Assembly (NCBI GenBank): GCA_026026165.1
Contig: JAPEUD010000118.1
Span: 1-39,520, forward strand
Reading direction: 5' to 3'
Source of the DNA: Sarea resinae
Lineage: Eukaryota
Length of the DNA stretch: 39,520 bases
Shown: positions 34,070 to 39,520 of the stretch, in pieces
How the letters are laid out: each line of letters begins with the position of its first letter
How positions within the stretch are numbered: the first letter of the stretch is position 1
Position numbers and translations under genes: made by a program
The notes under the pieces: generated by a model
Databases searched by the model: none
The model's input: only the letters and a program-made list of their open reading frames with translations
Told to the model about the DNA's origin: nothing

Positions 34070-34612
34070 GCTTTTTTTGGTGGTGGCGGGCTCTGTTGAT
34101 CGGTGGTGAGGTATCCTGGGCCCCTGGTCGTGTTATTGCCACGGACCTTTCGGACGCAGCAGGGACGGGAAACGTTTTGGAGCTTGCAAGGAATGATTGG
34201 TATAAGACTGATGCTGCAGTTCAGCTGTTCGATTGATGTGTTGGTCGCAAGGAAAGGAATGGAAAGGAAAGGGAAACGGAACGCATTGGTCTGGAGTCGT
34301 GATGCTCTGCCCTCGAGGCAGGCACCTTTTTGGGGTTTTCGAGGATGATTCAATGGTCAGCGGGGCAAGCAACAAATGGCATGGTGTTCAGGCAGCGAAA
34401 GTGTTGAGAGTAGAAAAAGAATATCAAAGTAGAAAAAAAATGAAAATCCTAACCAATTTAAATGAAGATGTGTCATTTGTAGATGTGATGAGAAAGAGAA
34501 AAGTAGGTAGGTAGGTAGTCTACATGTAGAATTACAGATGCAGCGTCTGCCTCCGTTCCTCTGCCCTTTGACAATCAACCGGCTAAAGCGAAAATTTGGT
34601 AGGCTCCATTTA

Positions 34613-34645
34613 TACAGACAGACAGACAGACAGACATGACATGAC
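34613..34645. repeat. (ACAG)n tetranucleotide microsatellite grading into GACAT units
   Basis: acagacagacagacagacagacatgacatgac. Confidence 0.85.
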
Positions 34646-34738
34646 GATCTCGGTCTTTGACACTTTCTTTAACTTCTCACGCCCCAACCCTCCTCTTCCT
34701 TGGTCCTCTCCCCAACCATCCATCCATCCTCAGCGATC

Positions 34739-35392
34739 TCATACTCTCTTGACCGCTGCAGCTGCGGCCTCCTTTCCCTTCGCCTGCGCTTTCGGCTTCG
34801 CCTTCCCCTGGCCCTGTCGCGCGCTCCGCCGTCCGGCCGCCGCCTGCTGCTCCGCCACGATCAAATCGCTCTCGACGACCTCGCCCCTCGCACGCATGGC
34901 GCGGCGCTCCTCCTTGGCGTCGCGCTTGCGGGCGCGCTGGGCGAGCAGGTCCAGCAGCGACGGCACGGGCGGGCGCGCCGCGATCGGCGTCCCGAACGGC
35001 GACACGATCGATGCGACCGTGTGGTGCACGGTCTTGGAGACCCGTGGCCCGCTGTGCAGGCTGATGATGTCGCCTTCGCGCGTGCTGGCTGCGGGGTCGG
35101 AGACCAGGATGTGTGTGCGGGTCGGGAAGTACTGTAGTGGGCGCCACGGGTGGGGGAGGTCAGTTTTGTTTGGGCTGCCTTGTTCTTTTGTCTTCTGTTT
35201 TGGTGGGGAGGGGGGATGGAAGGGGATGATGGGGTCGGATTGGGATGGATTGGGATTGGGATGTACCTTGCGTAGGTGTCTGTTCCAGACTTGTTGTGCG
35301 ACTCGCACTTTCACCGTGCCTGTCATTCGGCCCGCGGAGACGACGACGCCCGACAGCGAGGCCGATGCGAGTGAGGGGTGTGGTGCGGGCAT
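34739..35392 (-). CDS. MRPS17: Mitochondrial ribosomal protein uS17m
   Basis: GVVVSAGRMTGTVKVRV..WNRHLRK|YF..THILVSDP..REGDII; intron 35266-35132 (GTACAT..CTGAC..CAG). Confidence 0.88.
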   Translation of the reverse strand: MPAPHPSLASASLSGVVVSAGRMTGTVKVRVAQQVWNRHLRKVHPNPNPSQSDPIIPFHPPSPPKQKTKEQGSPNKTDLPHPWRPLQYFPTRTHILVSDPAASTREGDIISLHSGPRVSKTVHHTVASIVSPFGTPIAARPPVPSLLDLLAQRARKRDAKEERRAMRARGEVVESDLIVAEQQAAAGRRSARQGQGKAKPKAQAKGKEAAAAAVKRV

Positions 35393-36244
35393 TTTGGGGT
35401 GGTGAGTGAGGTTCTTGGTGATCTTGGTTGGTTGGCTGGTATGGCCTCAAGGTGCGGGATACGGTGCGATGATCGAGGTCGAAGGAGGGGCTGGGAAGGC
35501 GTTAAGACGTAGGGGGTCTGGTTCGGGCAGATGTTGCGGTTGAGTAGGGGTCCCGCTGGGAGGTCGATGATGAGAAGGAAGAGAGAGGGCTTTGAAGATG
35601 CCCCCGGACCGGCCCTGCTGATGCAGATCGGGACGCCCACCACAGTCTAGAGGCGGCTTTTTCTCGCTCCTGGGAGACTCGGGCTCGAGTGTCTGGATGA
35701 CGGCGATGACGCTTTGGCTCGTGGGATGTTCAATTGGTGTCGTGGTCGTGCTATGGGCGGTCTTGCTTGTCGAGATATATCGTGAGCTGGGGGACTTTTT
35801 GGAGGTTTGATAGATACTCTTGGCTCGATCGCGCTCGTTTGCATTGTTTGCACCGTTTGCACCACCGGCGAAAGTACGAGGACGGGCTGGTACGGTATAC
35901 TGCGTCGCTGGTATGGCCGTGCGGCTCCCTGAGCCCTGGGTAATCGTAGAGTACGGACTTACTGCGCAGTAACTCACATTGACCTGACGAGCCATGTGCG
36001 CCGATCAATGAACAGACAACAATCCCCCTTCGCACCACTGCCTGACCCTCTTGTCTGTGGCTACGACTTCTGATCTCAACTCCAGCCTGAGATCGACCCT
36101 CCTAGTATTACTGACTGGTCCATCGAATCCTCATCTCCCCTCTGCCAGCATTGCCACGGACGGATCTCGACACAGGGAGAGCAGCCTAGGCGGGTGTATG
36201 AGGGGCTCGACCTGGCTGGTCTTCTCTACCGTTCCGACTGAGAG

Positions 36245-38938
36245 ATGGCGGTGAACAGGATCAGAGGCGCCTTTGCGGTGCCGAGGAAGGGCGAGACGTT
36301 TGAGCTGAGAGCCGGGCTTGTGTATGAGCATTCCATCTTGAACTGCTGTTCTGTTCTGTTCCGCGGCTGACTGACCGCCCGCCACAGATCGCAGTATGCT
36401 TATGAACGGTATGCGGTCTGGACTCGAACGACCATCCGGGAACGGGAACTGACGAAGATGATAGAAAGGAGGCAATCCAGAAGACGATCATGTCGATGAC
36501 CCTGGGCAAGGACGTCTCGGCGCTGTTTCCGGACGTGCTCAAGAATATCGCGACCGCCGATCTGGATCAGAAGAAGCTGGTCTATCTCTACCTCATGTAT
36601 GCTTGGCTCCGTCGAACGGTGGCAGGCTTGGACAAGGGCTGATGAAATTACGGTTCGATACAGGAATTACGCCAAATCGCATCCCGACCTCTGCATTCTC
36701 GCCGTCAACACCTTCGTTCAAGACTCCGAAGACCCAAATCCTCTAGTCCGTGCTCTGGCTATTCGGACAATGGGATGTATCAGGGTAGACAAGATGGTAG
36801 ATTACATGGAGGAGCCTCTCCGCAAGACTTTACGAGACGAATCTCCATACGTTCGGAAGACGGCCGCGATATGTGTCGCCAAACTGTTCGACCTGAACCC
36901 CACCTTGTGTCTGGAGAATGGCTTTCTGGAGACTTTACAGGAAATGATCGGTGATCCGAATCCAATGGTGGTAGCCAACTCTGTCACCGCGCTCGCGGAA
37001 ATCAATGAGGCGGCCCCGGCGATGAAGGCCCTGGTCATTACACCCAATACACTGAAGAAGATGCTGATGGCTCTCAATGAGTGCACCGAATGGGGACGAG
37101 TGACGATACTGACGACTCTGGCGGACTACCATGCGGCGGACGTGAAAGAGGCCGAGCATATCTGCGAGAGGGTCGCGCCTCAATTCCAACACGTCAATCC
37201 GAGTGTCGTCCTCGCCGCTGTCAAGACTGTGTTCCTACAAATGAAGAATATCAATCCGGATCTGTCGCGACAATACCTGCGCAAAATGGCTCCTCCACTC
37301 GGTATAGTCTGATCCTCGTCTATCCCATTACAACCTTTTTCTAATTTCTATCAGTCACTCTTGTTTCCTCTGCGGCCGAGGTCCAGTATGTCGCCCTCCG
37401 AAACATCGACCTTCTTCTACAAAAACAACCCGATATCCTCAACAAAGAGCTGCGAGTATTTTTCTGCAAGTACAACGACCCGCCATACGTCAAACTTCAG
37501 AAGATCGAGATCATGGTCCGGATCACAAACGATAAGAACGTCGATCAACTGCTGGCCGAGCTGAAAGAATACGCGCTTGAAGTCGACGTCGACTTTGTCC
37601 AACGCGCCATCAAGGCCATCGGGCAAGCTGCCATCAAGATCGAAAGCGCGAGCGAAAAGTGCGTCAACACGCTGCTGGACCTCATCAATACCAAGGTAAA
37701 CTATGTCGTGCAAGAGGCTATCGTGGTCATCAAGGATATCTTCCGGAAATATCCCGGGTATGAGGGCATCATCCCGACGTTGTGCAAATGCATCGACGAG
37801 CTTGACGATCCGAATGCGAGAGGCTCTTTGATCTGGATCGTTGGAGAATATGCCGAGAAGATCAACAATGCGAACGAGATCCTGGCTGGATTTGTTGAAG
37901 GCTTCAACGAAGAGTTCACCCAGGTCAGCCATTCTTTTGAGTCTGTTTGATTCGTACTAACATGGGTAACACGGCGTATAGACACAATTGCAAATCCTGA
38001 CAGCTGTGGTGAAGCTGTTCCTAAAGAAACCAGACCAATCCCAAGGCCTCGTCCAAAAAGTACTCCAGGCTGCCACGGCGGAGAACGACAACCCTGACAT
38101 TCGAGATCGGGCATACGTATACTGGCGGTTACTTTCCAGTGATCCCCAGATAACCAAGGTCAGTACACGTTTATGTCTGTCTCAAGTGAGCTAACCAGAT
38201 GAATCTATAGAACATTGTCCTGTCGGATAAGCCACCCATCACCTCCACCATCCAGTCACTCCCGCCATCCCTCCTCGACCAACTCATCAACGAGCTTTCA
38301 ACTCTCGCCTCCGTCTATCACAAACCACCTGCCACCTTCATCGGCCAAGGCCGCTTCGGCGCCGAAGCCGTCCACAAAGCCGCCATAGAGTATGTATCAC
38401 CCTCTCATTTCCTTCTGCCGTGTCTGACGAAAGCGTCTGCAGGGAACAAATGCAAAATGCTCGCGAGAACCCCATCGCCGCCGCCGCCGCGGTCGCCGGA
38501 GGCCAAGCCCCTGGCACGGGAACCCAGGCGAACAACACCGAGTCTCTTCTCGACATTGACTTCGACGGCGCGGCCCCGGCTTCGGCGCAAAAGGAACCCG
38601 CCTCGGGCCTCTCGGGGCTGGAAGGTCTGGCGGGCACGCCGCAGCGCGTCGCCTCCCCCTCTGCCGTCCTCGGCGGCGGCGGCGGCGGCCCTACCGCGCC
38701 TCCATCCAGCGCCGCGCCTCACAACAACCTCGACGACTTACTAGGCGTGTTTGGCGACGGAGGCGCGGCCAACGGTGGTGGAGCAGCGGGCGCCGGGCTG
38801 GCGCAGGATATGGCGGACGGGTTCGCCGGCCTGGATCTGAGCGGTGCGGCGGGTGGCGGCATGAGTGCGTCACAGCCGCCTCCGCCGCCGGGCCAGCAGA
38901 TCAAGAAGAATAATGAGGATATCTTGGGCTTGTTCTAG
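36245..38938 (+). CDS. APL2: AP-1 adaptor complex beta subunit (beta-adaptin)
   Basis: [76 protein letters not shown] and [16 protein letters not shown]; clathrin-box-like LLDID and C-terminal DILGLF. Confidence 0.95.
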
Positions 38939-39460
38939 TAGCTCTGATGTTGTGCTGATGTTAATGTTGTTGTTGTTGTTGATGTCGGTTGCACGGCATG
39001 TTGATCGGATGGGATCGGACGGGACGAGCGATGCGGGATGAGCGACAAGGGGCAGGGGACCGCGATGAGGGATGGATGTGCAATGAGCAGCGACCATGGG
39101 AAAGCGATGACGGCCGAGCGATCAAGAACGGGGGTGTCTAGTACCTACGTACCTACCTACCTACTCTTCTATCTCTGCGACAGCCGCATGACCCACCATC
39201 CATGGGCGTTTTTCTTTTTACTCCCCCAATGAAAGGCATGAGGGGCCAAATAGGCAGGCCCAAAAAGGCAGAAAAGCGGCTGAATGAAAGAATGGGAGAA
39301 ATGAATCCATCTATGCGATCCCATCTATGCAATCCCATCCCGTGCGAAGCCATCTATGTAATCTATCATCATCATCATCATCATCTTTCATCTTCTTGCT
39401 ATTTCTCTACAGTAAGAGACTCGAGCGTACGATGCGTACAAAAGTACCATACATAGAACC

Positions 39461-39461
<1 letters not shown>

Positions 39462-39508
<47 letters not shown>

Positions 39509-39520
39509 CCCCCCCCCCCC
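39462..39520. repeat. Poly-C run at window end (possible sequencing/assembly artefact)
   Basis: About 59 nt of C with a single G. Confidence 0.85.

Noticed and set aside
35447..36038. ORFs between MRPS17 and APL2
   Set aside because: Low-complexity, motif-free frames in a divergent promoter/UTR region.
39462..39520. Poly-C tract as telomere or functional G-quadruplex
   Set aside because: There are no TTAGGG repeats, and long poly-G/C at sequence ends is a known two-colour Illumina or assembly artefact; it needs long-read confirmation.

Overview
Gene-dense genomic window from a filamentous ascomycete (Pezizomycotina-type short GT-AG introns with CTRAC branch points). Positions ~6-39 kb hold conserved housekeeping genes: Prx5/Ahp1-type peroxiredoxin, NIF3, BolA (BOL2/Fra2), COG6, a HIRIP3-like chromatin protein, a phospholipase/carboxylesterase, TPS1, a PhzF-like protein, ATG9, mitoferrin, a Yta6/Sap1-like AAA ATPase, mitochondrial uS17 and the AP-1 beta adaptin. 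The first 5.4 kb is the unusual part. Two near-identical intron-containing tRNA-Asp(GUC) genes in inverted orientation bracket a head-to-head pair of AIG1/GIMAP-like P-loop GTPases. One GTPase ends in a Gly-rich hydrophobic helix plus a CaaX box (CTIM), and its first intron has a GG instead of AG acceptor. The other has a disordered N-terminus, an E/R-rich helix and a Cys-cluster tail. Three perfect ATCAGATAA (SreA-type iron-repressor) motifs sit in the NIF3-BolA divergent promoter. All calls are by eye and motif recognition; no database searches were run.
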